Numbered from the stretch's first letter, positions 1-9,420 are shown. The stretch: 45,706 nt of DNA from an uncultured Lachnospira sp. (GCA_947628875.1 CANRBP010000001.1:1-45706); one strand, 5' to 3'. Made by a program: numbers and translations. Notes: generated by a model not told the origin, from the sequence alone.

Positions 1-272
1 GACATTATCGCCAGCGCGCCCTTTGGCCCTATGCCGTTTACATTGAGCAGCAGCTTGAAAATATTCAGGTCGTCCCGTGACAAAAATCCAAACAGCTGGA
101 TCGCATCTTCTTTCACATGAAGATATGTATATGCTTTAAAAGTCTCGCCGAGAGGCGGCATCGCAGCAAAAATAGATGCAGGCACGCGGATATTGTAACC
201 GATGCCGTTATTTTCAATCACAATCGTATCTTCAAATATTTCTGTCAGTTTCCCTTTTATATACGAAACCAT
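1..272 (-). CDS. ruvA: Holliday junction branch migration protein RuvA (N-terminal part; runs off window edge)
   Basis: Not in ORF track. Manual translation from ATG at 272: MVSYIKGKLTEIFEDTIVIENNGIGYNIRVP...YTYLHVKEDAIQLFGF...FKLLLNVNGIGPKGALAIM (RuvA OB fold plus HhH motif). GGAGGG RBS upstream. Confidence 0.95.
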   Translation of the reverse strand, partial: MVSYIKGKLTEIFEDTIVIENNGIGYNIRVPASIFAAMPPLGETFKAYTYLHVKEDAIQLFGFLSRDDLNIFKLLLNVNGIGPKGALAIM

Positions 273-293
273 AATCCCTCCGTCTGGCGCATG

Positions 294-1631
294 TCATTCT
301 CCTGCCTGATCTGACTGATGCCCTGCGCAATAATTTATAAACTGCTGAGCTGTCCTGCCTGAAATTCCGCCGTGCGACAGTTCCCACTGGTTGGCCTTTG
401 CAAAAAGTTCTTCTTCGTCCATGCGGATACCGTGCTTTTCAGCCAGTCCGGCAACTATCTCAAAATATTCTTTATGCGTAGGCTTGGAATAGCATATCTG
501 GCAGCCAAAACGGTTTACCAGCGAAAGTTTTTCCTCCATCGTGTCAGATCTGTGCAGTCCGTTTGCGCTCTCCATATCGCTGCGGTCGTTCCATGTCTCT
601 TTGATAAGGTGGCGCCTGTTTGATGTCGCATATATCAAAATGTTGTCCGGCCTTGTCTCCACGCCGCCCTCGATCACAGCTTTGAGGAATTTGTACTCAA
701 TCTCAAATTCCTCAAAGGACAGATCGTCCATATATATTATAAATTTATAATTCCTGTTTTTAATCTGTGCAATAACCGCCGACAAGTCCTTAAACTGGTG
801 CTTATAAATCTCGATCATGCGCAGTCCCTGGTCATAGTAGGCGTTGACGATCGCTTTTATGCTTGTGGATTTTCCTGTACCGCTGTCGCCGAACAGCAGC
901 GCGTTGTTTGCGCGCCTTCCCTGTACAAAAGCTTCTGTATTTTCAATGAGCTTCTTTTTCTGCGCTTCATAGCCGATAAGATCCTGCAGCATCACTTTGT
1001 CCATATTGTTGATCGGATGCAGCTGCACAGTCCCATCAGGCCTGCTGCTTAACCTGAACGCCTTGTTCAGTCCAAGCATGCCTACTCCAAAATCTTTATA
1101 AAAGCCTGTAACCGTTTCAAAAAATTCATCTTCATCTTTCACGCCGTCAAGCTTTTTGCTCAATGCCTGCACCTTTTCGCTGACATTGTGGTTATACATA
1201 AGCTCCTTTTTTACGATGGCCTTATAATGTGTAAGCTGTGAAAAACAGTCAATGCCAAGCGCTTCCTCAACAGGCGAGAAATCATAATGGAACAGTTCCC
1301 TGAATACGCGGAAATCATTTTTTGCAAAACTGTTGACGCTGCCCTGGTTCGCGCCTACCTTCTCGCAGGTGATGCTGAACGGGTTTTCATTTGTGATAAG
1401 CAGAAATGTAAGATAATTCTGCCATAAATTTCCATCAAAACCATAGTTTGTCGCAAGCTCAAGCAGGCGCTTTACCTGCGTATATATCTCCCTGACAAGC
1501 TGCGCCCTTGGCGGCTCGTTTCCATCATTATATCCCTGCTCAAAACGCCTGAAAATATCTGCCAGCTTTGCCAGAATGCAATTTTCATCTAAATCCCCAT
1601 ATAAGATAAGCCGGGCAATCTTTTTATACAT
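294..1631 (-). CDS. DUF815-family AAA+ ATP-binding protein
   Basis: Walker A GDSGTGKST, Walker B FIIYMDDLSF, YATSNRRHLIKE and SGRTAQQF motifs typical of DUF815. Start moved to ATG 1631 (MYKKIARL), which follows AAAGGGAG; the ORF track extends to 1760. Confidence 0.85.
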   Translation of the reverse strand: MYKKIARLILYGDLDENCILAKLADIFRRFEQGYNDGNEPPRAQLVREIYTQVKRLLELATNYGFDGNLWQNYLTFLLITNENPFSITCEKVGANQGSVNSFAKNDFRVFRELFHYDFSPVEEALGIDCFSQLTHYKAIVKKELMYNHNVSEKVQALSKKLDGVKDEDEFFETVTGFYKDFGVGMLGLNKAFRLSSRPDGTVQLHPINNMDKVMLQDLIGYEAQKKKLIENTEAFVQGRRANNALLFGDSGTGKSTSIKAIVNAYYDQGLRMIEIYKHQFKDLSAVIAQIKNRNYKFIIYMDDLSFEEFEIEYKFLKAVIEGGVETRPDNILIYATSNRRHLIKETWNDRSDMESANGLHRSDTMEEKLSLVNRFGCQICYSKPTHKEYFEIVAGLAEKHGIRMDEEELFAKANQWELSHGGISGRTAQQFINYCAGHQSDQAGE

Positions 1632-1764
1632 AATCCTGCTCCCTTTCGTTTTGATTTTATTTATCAGGCGGAAGTTTTTCGCAAACCGAATAAAATCACG
1701 GAAATCATGCATAAAATAGCATTGTCCCGGAACATGGCCGCTTTCCACCCAATAATACATTATT

Positions 1765-1792
1765 ATAATATAGGATTCATGTCATTTGTCAA
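1765..1792 (-). promoter_or_regulatory. Putative sigma-70 promoter for the DUF815-ruvA unit
   Basis: Minus strand TTGACA-16 nt-TATTAT, overlapping a TATAAT. Confidence 0.55.
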
Positions 1793-1805
1793 ATATATTA
1801 TTTTT

Positions 1806-1876
1806 TTGAATTTCCGCATTTTGTATTCTGCCTGTGCCCTTTTGGCACAGGCAGAATACAAAATGCGGAAATTCAA
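1806..1876. repeat. Perfect 33-bp inverted repeat with 5-nt loop
   Basis: TTGAATTTCCGCATTTTGTATTCTGCCTGTGCC (1806-1838), loop CTTTT, then its exact reverse complement (1844-1876). Confidence 0.95.
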
Positions 1877-1933
1877 GCATTATTTTGCCCGGTATGGCGC
1901 TGGTTTTTAATTAAAACAATCCTTATTTTAGTA

Positions 1934-1961
1934 TTGACACCATTCGTTCTAATGTTATAAT
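1934..1961 (+). promoter_or_regulatory. Sigma-70 promoter of the GT2 gene
   Basis: TTGACA (1934-1939), 16 nt, TATAAT (1956-1961) with extended -10 TG. Confidence 0.8.
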
Positions 1962-2036
1962 CAACAAAGGGTTTAATATTTCTAAAATAAGGAAACGGAT
2001 TTTTACATTTATACAAATTAAAGGGGTAAAACGAAT

Positions 2037-3329
2037 ATGCAGGAAATAAAGGCTATTAACACAGTTCTTTATGTGGCATTGACGATTTTATATTTTTATC
2101 AGTTTATTTATATTGGCGTAGCCCTTGCAGGAAATTTTAAAAAGAAGCAGGCAAAACCTGAAACAAAAACGCTGCACCGGTATGCTTTTATAATTGCGGC
2201 AAGAAACGAAAACGCCGTGATAGGCAACCTTATCAAAAGCATAAAAGCACAGAATTACCCTGCTGACCTGATTGATATTATCGTAATCGCAGACAACTGT
2301 ACAGATAATACAGCCGAGATAGCCAGATCAAACGGCGCCATTGTTTATGAACGGTTTGACCGCGAGCTTGTTGGCAAAGGCTATGCCCTTGATTACGCCT
2401 TTAACAAAATCAAAGAGGCTCACGGCGATTATACGGCTTATGACGGATATTTTATCTTTGACGCCGATAATATTATCGCTCCGGATTATGTCTATGAAAT
2501 GAACAAGACATTTGACAGCGGCTACAATGTTATCACCAGCTACCGCAATTCCAAAAATTTTGACACTAACTGGATCACAGCCGGATATTCGCTCTGGTTC
2601 TGCCGTGAGGCAAAATATCTGAACAATCCGCGCATGATGCTGAAAACAAGCTGTGCCGTATCAGGCACCGGTTTCCTGATAAACAGCAAGATCATCAAAA
2701 AATATAACGGCTGGCAGTTTAATCTTTTGACCGAGGATATACAGTTTTCTGTTGTAAATATCCTGGACGGCGAAAAAATCGGCTACTGCGCAGACGCCAT
2801 GTTTTATGACGAGCAGCCTATTACGTTCCGCCAGTCATGGAACCAGCGAATGCGCTGGTCAAAAGGTTTTTATCAGGTCATGTTCCGTTATGGCCGCGAC
2901 CTGATCGCGATGATGTTTAAAAAACGTGAAATGTTTGTTTCATGCTACGATATGTTTATGACGCTTGCGCCGGCTACTTTGCTTTCAATCGGCTGCATTC
3001 TCTTAAACCTTGCATTTATCATCTGCGGCGCTTCCAATTTTGAAGTGCTTAAACAGATTTTTCCGGTTGCCGTGAAATCTATCCTGATTGGAGGCCTGAG
3101 CTTTTACCTGCTTATGTTCTCCATGGGGTTAATCACAATGATTACGGAATGGAATAAAATTTTAGGAAGAGCTGATAAAAAAATACGTTATCTTTTCACA
3201 TTCCCCCTGTTTATGCTTACCTACGTGCCAATCTCACTTATCGCGCTGTTTAAGCGTGTGGAATGGAAACCGATAACGCATTGCGTGACAACATCTGTGG
3301 AAGAACTGCAGCAGCAATATAAACAATAA
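2037..3329 (+). CDS. Membrane-bound family 2 glycosyltransferase (processive GT2 type)
   Basis: IAARNE, ADNCTD, GKGYAL, FDADN, TED and QRMRW (D,D,D,QxxRW) motifs; N- and C-terminal TM helices. Confidence 0.9.
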   Translation: MQEIKAINTVLYVALTILYFYQFIYIGVALAGNFKKKQAKPETKTLHRYAFIIAARNENAVIGNLIKSIKAQNYPADLIDIIVIADNCTDNTAEIARSNGAIVYERFDRELVGKGYALDYAFNKIKEAHGDYTAYDGYFIFDADNIIAPDYVYEMNKTFDSGYNVITSYRNSKNFDTNWITAGYSLWFCREAKYLNNPRMMLKTSCAVSGTGFLINSKIIKKYNGWQFNLLTEDIQFSVVNILDGEKIGYCADAMFYDEQPITFRQSWNQRMRWSKGFYQVMFRYGRDLIAMMFKKREMFVSCYDMFMTLAPATLLSIGCILLNLAFIICGASNFEVLKQIFPVAVKSILIGGLSFYLLMFSMGLITMITEWNKILGRADKKIRYLFTFPLFMLTYVPISLIALFKRVEWKPITHCVTTSVEELQQQYKQ

Positions 3330-3366
3330 AGAGGACAAAGAGCGTATTTTCCGTTCTTTGTCCTCT
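3330..3366. terminator. Hairpin between convergent genes, probable bidirectional terminator
   Basis: AGAGGACAAAGAGCG / CGTTCTTTGTCCTCT stem. Confidence 0.7.
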
Positions 3367-3374
3367 AATTTTAA

Positions 3375-3872
3375 TCAGATTGATGCTTTTATATGTTTTA
3401 CCGTCAGTCCGCCTGCAATCCCGATGATGGCGCCTGTGAACACGCCTGCCGCAAGCAGGATCGGAAGATAATAAATGATGGCTGTGCTGTCCATCAGCCA
3501 GACCGCCATAGCAACCTGACCGATATTATGCGCCGCGCCTCCGGCAATACTTACGCCAAGAATAGAAAATTTTCTGCTTTTATAACATGCAATCATGACA
3601 AGAAGGCTCAATGCCCCTCCGGCTGCGCTGAACAAAAAGCTGTTCATGTTTCCAAACAGAATGGCTGTCCACAAAATCCTCAAAAAATTGACAATCACGG
3701 CCTCTTTCCAGCCTATGGCATATATTACAGCCAGTATCGCGATATTGGCAATGCCAAGCTTGATGCCATAAATCGGCACCGGTATCGGTATAAGGCTCTC
3801 TATATAGCTAAAAACCATCGCCAGTGCCGTAAATACGCCGCAAAACGCTATCCTGCGGACATTTCCTTTCAT
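3375..3872 (-). CDS. Gx transporter family protein (heptaprenyl diphosphate synthase component I-like)
   Basis: YIESLIPIPVPIYGIKLGIAN and GGAAHNIGQ motifs; hydrophobic; follows a NusG-II gene as usual for this family. Confidence 0.85.
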   Translation of the reverse strand: MKGNVRRIAFCGVFTALAMVFSYIESLIPIPVPIYGIKLGIANIAILAVIYAIGWKEAVIVNFLRILWTAILFGNMNSFLFSAAGGALSLLVMIACYKSRKFSILGVSIAGGAAHNIGQVAMAVWLMDSTAIIYYLPILLAAGVFTGAIIGIAGGLTVKHIKASI

Positions 3873-3891
3873 TTCCGCTTCCTGCCTTTCT

Positions 3892-4341
3892 TTAACGGAC
3901 TACACCGTCAATTTTATCCTGATCCTTGCCGGAAGCTGTAACTTCAACTACGACTCTGTGCGGCAGGCATACGATCGTCTCCCCGGTACGGCTGACAGCG
4001 CCCATACGCACGCACAGCCTGTCAGGGCAGTCCGCATCTGACATATAGACAGTCCCATTTGACACGATAATGGTATTTTTTCCGCCATCGTAGCCGGAAA
4101 CAGTAATTTCGGCATCTTCATTCAGGCTGCATCTATGCAGTATCCGGCCGTCCACCGTGATGACAGCGCAGGCGCCCTCCTTTTTAATAAAACACTGGAT
4201 TACTGTAAATGCTGCCAGTGCTGCCAGCAGCAGTGCGGCAGCCAGCCATAAGTCCGCCCGGACAAGGCTGTGCTGCCGTTTTTCCTGCACTTTCGCTTTA
4301 TGCTTCATTTTCTCAGTCTGCCTGTTATGAAAGTGTTTCAT
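3892..4341 (-). CDS. NusG domain II-containing protein (DUF1312)
   Basis: N-terminal TM helix then ADCPDRLCVRMG...IVCLPHRVVVE motif. Confidence 0.88.
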   Translation of the reverse strand: MKHFHNRQTEKMKHKAKVQEKRQHSLVRADLWLAAALLLAALAAFTVIQCFIKKEGACAVITVDGRILHRCSLNEDAEITVSGYDGGKNTIIVSNGTVYMSDADCPDRLCVRMGAVSRTGETIVCLPHRVVVEVTASGKDQDKIDGVVR

Positions 4342-4344
4342 TCA

Positions 4345-5142
4345 TTAAGCATGTGTAACATGAATAATCTTCTTCGGGCATTTTTCTGCACATTTGCCGC
4401 ATCCTGTACACTTCTTATAATCAATATGCGCAACATTATTCTCAACTGTAATAGCGCCGGCCTCGCACTGCTTTGTACAGAGCATGCAGCCGATACAGCC
4501 TGTCTGGCATGCAGCCATTACATCTTTGCCTTTATCTTTTGATGCGCAGTTTACTGCATATTTAGCATCATACGGAATAAGCTCAATGAGATGCCTCGGG
4601 CATGTTGCAACGCACTTTCCGCATGCCTTACATTTTTCTCTGTCCACAACCGCAATGCCGTTTACGATATGGATTGCATCAAACGGACATGCCTTTACGC
4701 ATGAACCATAACCCATACAGCCGTATGTACATGCCTTGGCTCCTCCGTTCGGTACAAACGGCATCACCGTACACTCCTCTACGCCTGTATACTTGTAATT
4801 ATCTTTTGCCTTCTCACAGTCGCCTGCACACTTTACAAACGCTGTCATCTTTACGCTGCTGCCGACCTCTGAACCCATGATGGCCGCAATCTTTGAAGCC
4901 ACAGGCTCGCCGCCGACAGGACATGCTCCAACCTCTGCTTCGCCTGCTGCAATTGCCTTTGCAAGCGCATCACAGCCGGCATATCCGCAGCCGCCGCAGT
5001 TGTTTCCCGGCAGCTCCGCACGTATGTCTATTTCCTTCTGATCCACTTCAACTGCGAACTTCTTTCCCATAAATCCGAGGAACAGTCCCAGTACAAGTCC
5101 TACGCAGCCGACAACGGCTGCTGCTATTATAATCCCTGTCAT
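4345..5142 (-). CDS. rnfB: Rnf complex subunit B
   Basis: TM anchor, LPGNNCGGCGYAGC, several CxxCxxCxxxCP ferredoxin motifs; last rnf gene in CDGEAB order. Confidence 0.95.
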   Translation of the reverse strand: MTGIIIAAAVVGCVGLVLGLFLGFMGKKFAVEVDQKEIDIRAELPGNNCGGCGYAGCDALAKAIAAGEAEVGACPVGGEPVASKIAAIMGSEVGSSVKMTAFVKCAGDCEKAKDNYKYTGVEECTVMPFVPNGGAKACTYGCMGYGSCVKACPFDAIHIVNGIAVVDREKCKACGKCVATCPRHLIELIPYDAKYAVNCASKDKGKDVMAACQTGCIGCMLCTKQCEAGAITVENNVAHIDYKKCTGCGKCAEKCPKKIIHVTHA

Positions 5143-5156
5143 AGTCCTTCCTCCTC

Positions 5157-5728
5157 TTACAGAATGCCTGAAAAGCCGAAGAATGCAATAGCCATAAGGC
5201 CTGCTGTCAGAAGCACGATTGGCATTCCCCTAAAGTTTTCCGGGATATCATTAAATTCAATCCGCTCACGGATACCAGCCATGATCACGATTGCAATCGT
5301 AAAGCCGACTGCCGTACCAAAGCCTGCCACAACGGATTCGATAAGGTTATAGCCGTTCTGCACATTAGTCAGGGCAATACCGAGCACTGCACAGTTGGTT
5401 GTGATCAGCGGAAGGTATACGCCGAGCGCCTCATAGAGCGCCGGTGATGTCTTTTTAAGGAACATCTCCACAAACTGTACCAGCGCAGCAATAACAAGAA
5501 TGAATACGATAGTATTCAAGTATGTCAGGTCAAGCGGCGTCAGGATAAAGTCATAAATCAAGCTGCATATCAACGATGAGATCGTGATAACGCCGATTAC
5601 TGCACCGCCCATGCCGGCAGCCGTATTAATTTTCTTTGATACACCAGGAATGGACACAGGCCAAGGAACTGGCTCAACACGACATTATTTACCAATGCCG
5701 CACCAATTGCGATAACAAGTAAATTCAT
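5157..5728 (-). pseudogene. rnfA: Rnf complex subunit A with an apparent 1-bp deletion near 5645 (pseudogene or sequencing error)
   Basis: ATG 5728 after AGGAGG gives MNLLVIAIGAALVNNVVLSQFLGLCPFL; the frame then shifts to GVSKK...YLPLITTNCAVLG...FFGFSG. Span 572 bp is one base short of 190 aa plus stop. Confidence 0.9.
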
Positions 5729-5742
5729 CTTTTATGTCCTCC

Positions 5743-6468
5743 TTAATTTTGTTTTTTATCTGCTGTGGAAGCAGCTGCCTTGCCGCTGCACATTGTATTG
5801 GAGCATGATGCGCATGGGCCGTCCTGCGTATAATCAGGAACCTGTGCAGGTGCCATGCCGTGTTTTTTCTTGATCCTGTTCATGACAGCGATGCACATTG
5901 CCAGGACAAAAAACGCACCCGGCGCCAGGATAAAGATGCTTGCAGGCGTGTAACCCATTTTTGAGAAATCAACCAGTGCGGAACTGCCTGTTGACAGAAT
6001 AGTGCCTGCGCCCAGCAGCTCACGTACAGCGCCAAGGATCGTTATAGCCGCCGTAAAGCCAAGTCCCATGCCAAGTCCGTCAAAAACAGACGGCAGGACG
6101 CTGTTTTTTGATGCATACGCCTCTGCACGGCCCAGAATAATACAGTTAACAACGATCAGCGGAATATAAATTCCCAGAGATTCGTACAGATCCGGCAGAT
6201 AACCCTGCATCAAAAACTGCACCATTGTCACAAATGAAGCGACAATAACTATGAAAGCCGGCATTCTCACGCCATCTGGTATCACTTTTCTGAGCAGCGA
6301 TATCATAAGGTTGGACATAACCAGCACGACTGTTGAGGAAAGTCCCATGCCGATGCCGTTTATAGCGGAAGTCGTAACCGCCAGCGTCGGACACATGCCC
6401 AGAGTCAGGACAAATGTTGGATTTTCCTTTATCAAACCATTATAAAGCCTTTCAACACATTTATTCAA
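5743..6468 (-). CDS. rnfE: Rnf complex subunit E
   Basis: ENPTFVLTLGMCPTLAVT and IPLIVVNCIILGRAEA motifs. Confidence 0.95.
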   Translation of the reverse strand: MNKCVERLYNGLIKENPTFVLTLGMCPTLAVTTSAINGIGMGLSSTVVLVMSNLMISLLRKVIPDGVRMPAFIVIVASFVTMVQFLMQGYLPDLYESLGIYIPLIVVNCIILGRAEAYASKNSVLPSVFDGLGMGLGFTAAITILGAVRELLGAGTILSTGSSALVDFSKMGYTPASIFILAPGAFFVLAMCIAVMNRIKKKHGMAPAQVPDYTQDGPCASCSNTMCSGKAAASTADKKQN

Positions 6469-7129
6469 CGCTCACACCTCCTGCCGTTTTTACGTTTGAG
6501 GAACTGATTTGTTTAAAAGCAACAAGCGCCGAGTTAACGCCGCGCAGAATTGCCTTGGACGTAACAGTCGAGCCTCCGATCGCATCGATTTGATCTTCCG
6601 AATCAGCCTCCATCACGCCGTTCTTTGTCAGTACAAACTTTTCCGTATTTGCATTGTTAAACTGCGCAAGGAACTTAGGATCGGTCTTGGCACGCATTCC
6701 CAGGCCAGCCGTTTCTCCTATGGAAAGTATGGAAGTTCCAAGATATTCTCCATCTGTCGAAATGCCTACAGAGAAGCGGATATCTCCTGCATAGCCGTCC
6801 GATGCAACTACAGTTATAACATACCCTATGATCTTATTGCTCTTGATGCCTGCAACAACTTCAACTATTTCATCAGCAGTATAGCTTTCCGGGTCATCAG
6901 CAAGCAGCTGCGCAAAAGTTTCTGTTACATTCTCCTCGCTGTACTGCTCGCCATCAAGCGCCTCAAAGCTGTCCGCCTCCGCAATGACTGCCCTGTAAGC
7001 GGCCTGCTTTGCCTTCTCGTTCTGCTCCGCGATCGGATTCTTCGTCACATCATAAACAGCGCCGAGCAATACGCCGGCAATCAGCGTGATGGCAAATAAT
7101 ATGCATGCATCTTTTATAATCTTACCCAT
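6461..7129 (-). CDS. rnfG: Rnf complex subunit G
   Basis: TM anchor, GYAGDI, ETAGLG, FMN-attachment region DAIGGSTVTS. Confidence 0.92.
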   Translation of the reverse strand: MGKIIKDACILFAITLIAGVLLGAVYDVTKNPIAEQNEKAKQAAYRAVIAEADSFEALDGEQYSEENVTETFAQLLADDPESYTADEIVEVVAGIKSNKIIGYVITVVASDGYAGDIRFSVGISTDGEYLGTSILSIGETAGLGMRAKTDPKFLAQFNNANTEKFVLTKNGVMEADSEDQIDAIGGSTVTSKAILRGVNSALVAFKQISSSNVKTAGGVSVE

Positions 7130-7130
7130 A

Positions 7131-8087
7131 TTACTTCGCCTCCTTTACCGGTTTCTGCTTGCCAAATGACTTTGGCACTGTGACACGCTCTATCAGCGGC
7201 ACAAGCAGGTTTGAGAAAATGATCGCATATGAAACGCCCTCTGCCGAACCTCCATACATTCTGAAAATAAATGTCAGAATACCCAGGATAACGCCAAATA
7301 CGATCTTGCCCGCAGGCGTTATCGGTGAAGTCACATAATCGGTTGCCATAAAGAAAGCACCAAGGATAAGTCCGCCGACGCATATCTCTTTCAGCATGTA
7401 AACAGCGTCAAACTGATGCTCAGGAGCAAGCAGGAAAATCAATACGGCAAAAGTCGCCACATATGTAACCGGTATCCTCCATGAGATAACCTTGCGCACC
7501 AGCAGGTATGCAGCGCCCAGCAGCAGGCAGATGACAGATGTCTCGCCTATCACGCCGCCATGAGTTCCAATAAACATGTCCAGCAGCTCTGCCGTGCCTT
7601 CCGCCTCTGAACCTGGCTTTAAAACTGCCAGCGGAGTTGCTCCTGCAATGCCGTCATAGACAAAAGTCGTCATCGGCCCCGTAAATGCAATGAGCAGAAA
7701 ACATCTTGCCGCCAGCGCCGGGTTCATAAAGTTCTGGCCAAGGCCGCCGAAAAGCTGCTTTACGATAATGATTGCAAATGCGCAGCCCAAAATCTCATAA
7801 CCTACATTCAATGTAGGCGGTATATTCAGGGCAATCAGAAGTCCTGTAACTGCCGCGCTCAAATCCAGCACGGTCACTTTTTTGTGCATCAGATACTGAT
7901 ACAACGCTTCAACGGCCACACAGGCTGCAATGCCGACCACAATTCTGATCAGCGCATCCAGGCCGAAATTATATATTCCAAATATGCCTGCAGGTGCCAG
8001 AGCAATGAGAACATCCCTCATTATCGTCTGTGTGGATGCACTGCTTCGCACATGAGGATTGGTTGATACGTTAAACACTTCGCTCAC
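7131..8087 (-). CDS. rnfD: Rnf complex subunit D
   Basis: NPHVRS, KQLFGGLGQNFMNPA, GATPL and FMATDYVTSP motifs. GTG 8087 chosen from RBS spacing; 8099 is an alternative. Confidence 0.95.
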   Translation of the reverse strand: MSEVFNVSTNPHVRSSASTQTIMRDVLIALAPAGIFGIYNFGLDALIRIVVGIAACVAVEALYQYLMHKKVTVLDLSAAVTGLLIALNIPPTLNVGYEILGCAFAIIIVKQLFGGLGQNFMNPALAARCFLLIAFTGPMTTFVYDGIAGATPLAVLKPGSEAEGTAELLDMFIGTHGGVIGETSVICLLLGAAYLLVRKVISWRIPVTYVATFAVLIFLLAPEHQFDAVYMLKEICVGGLILGAFFMATDYVTSPITPAGKIVFGVILGILTFIFRMYGGSAEGVSYAIIFSNLLVPLIERVTVPKSFGKQKPVKEAK

Positions 8088-8103
8088 TGTCAGATCCACC
8101 TTT

Positions 8104-9420
8104 CTATTTCTTTCTTCTGTTTGCCATCACTGTTCTTCTCATGGCCTTAATCTGCTGCGTCAGAGGCCGTTTTGCCGGACAGATATAAGAACAGCTTCCG
8201 CACTCCACGCACTCCATTCCGTCAAGCTTCACAAAACCCGCCTCATCATTCCTCGAAGCCAGGCTTGCCAGCTTCGCCGGCAGCAGATGGCTCGGGCATC
8301 CCTCGCCGCAGCGGCCGCAGCGGATACATGCAGACGATTCGATCTTGGAAACGATATCTTCACGCATGACAAGCAGCGATGAACTTCCTTTGACAACCGG
8401 AACATCAAGGCTGTACATGGCAAAACCCATCATCGGGCCGCCGGAGATATACTTCTGAGGCTCCCCGACCACGCCGCCTGCCGCATCCAGCAGCTGCCTG
8501 TAGTTCATTCCAAGCCATACATAGAAATTGCCAGGATTATTCACGCCGTCACCGGTAACTGTGACAATGCGCTTTGTCAGCGGCTTTCCTTCTATAACAG
8601 CCAGATAAATAGAAAATATCGTATCAATGTTATGTACAATACATCCTGCATCTGCCGGCAGCATGGAAGAATTGATGCTCCTGCCTGTCGTTGCATAGAT
8701 AAGGCAGCGCTCGCCGCCCTGAGGGTACTTTGTCTTTAAGACCTTTACCTCAATATCAGGCTCCCCGGCAGTCTTTTCCTGCATTATGCGGATCGCCTCC
8801 GGCTTGTTGTCTTCAATACCGATTATGCCCTTGGCATGGTCAAAGATCGCCAGCGCAACTTTCAGGCCCATGACGACCTTATCAGGCTCTTCCAGCATAC
8901 GCCTGTAGTCAGAAGTCAAATACGGCTCGCATTCCGCGCCATTGACAATGATATAGTCAATGGACTCAGGATTCTTAGGAGACAGCTTTACATGCGTAGG
9001 GAAACCTGCACCGCCCATGCCGACTACGCCGGCATCTTTGATGCGTCCTAAAATCTCCTCCTTTGAAAGCTCCTCAAGCTTTTTAGGGACATATGTTACC
9101 TCGCTGTATTCGCCGTCATTTTCAATGACTATTGAATTGCACTTACCGCCTGTTGCCAGCGTCCTAGGCTCAATCGCTTTAACTGTGCCTGAGACAGAGG
9201 AATGAATGTTTGCTGATACAAAACCTCCTGCCTCTGCTATAAGCTGGCCAGCAAGTACATGGTCGCCTTTTGCCACAACCGGAACAGCTGGCGCTCCAAT
9301 GTGCTGTGAAAGCGGGAATACCATTTCGCCTTGTGGAAATAATTCTTTGATCGGCTTATCTTTTGAAAATTCTTTGCCGTCAAAGGGATGTACTCCACCT
9401 TTAAATGTACATTTACCCAT
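8104..9420 (-). CDS. rnfC: Rnf complex subunit C
   Basis: TFKGGVHP, QHIGAPA, GMGGAGFPT, NGAECEPYLT and two 4Fe-4S motifs. Confidence 0.97.
   Translation of the reverse strand: MGKCTFKGGVHPFDGKEFSKDKPIKELFPQGEMVFPLSQHIGAPAVPVVAKGDHVLAGQLIAEAGGFVSANIHSSVSGTVKAIEPRTLATGGKCNSIVIENDGEYSEVTYVPKKLEELSKEEILGRIKDAGVVGMGGAGFPTHVKLSPKNPESIDYIIVNGAECEPYLTSDYRRMLEEPDKVVMGLKVALAIFDHAKGIIGIEDNKPEAIRIMQEKTAGEPDIEVKVLKTKYPQGGERCLIYATTGRSINSSMLPADAGCIVHNIDTIFSIYLAVIEGKPLTKRIVTVTGDGVNNPGNFYVWLGMNYRQLLDAAGGVVGEPQKYISGGPMMGFAMYSLDVPVVKGSSSLLVMREDIVSKIESSACIRCGRCGEGCPSHLLPAKLASLASRNDEAGFVKLDGMECVECGSCSYICPAKRPLTQQIKAMRRTVMANRRKK

Noticed and set aside
1632-1760. N-terminal extensions given by the ORF track (also for cmk, nfeD, oadB, oadG, trkA and the 26545 gene)
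   Set aside because: Downstream starts have clear RBSs and give family-typical lengths; the extensions overlap leaders or neighbouring genes.
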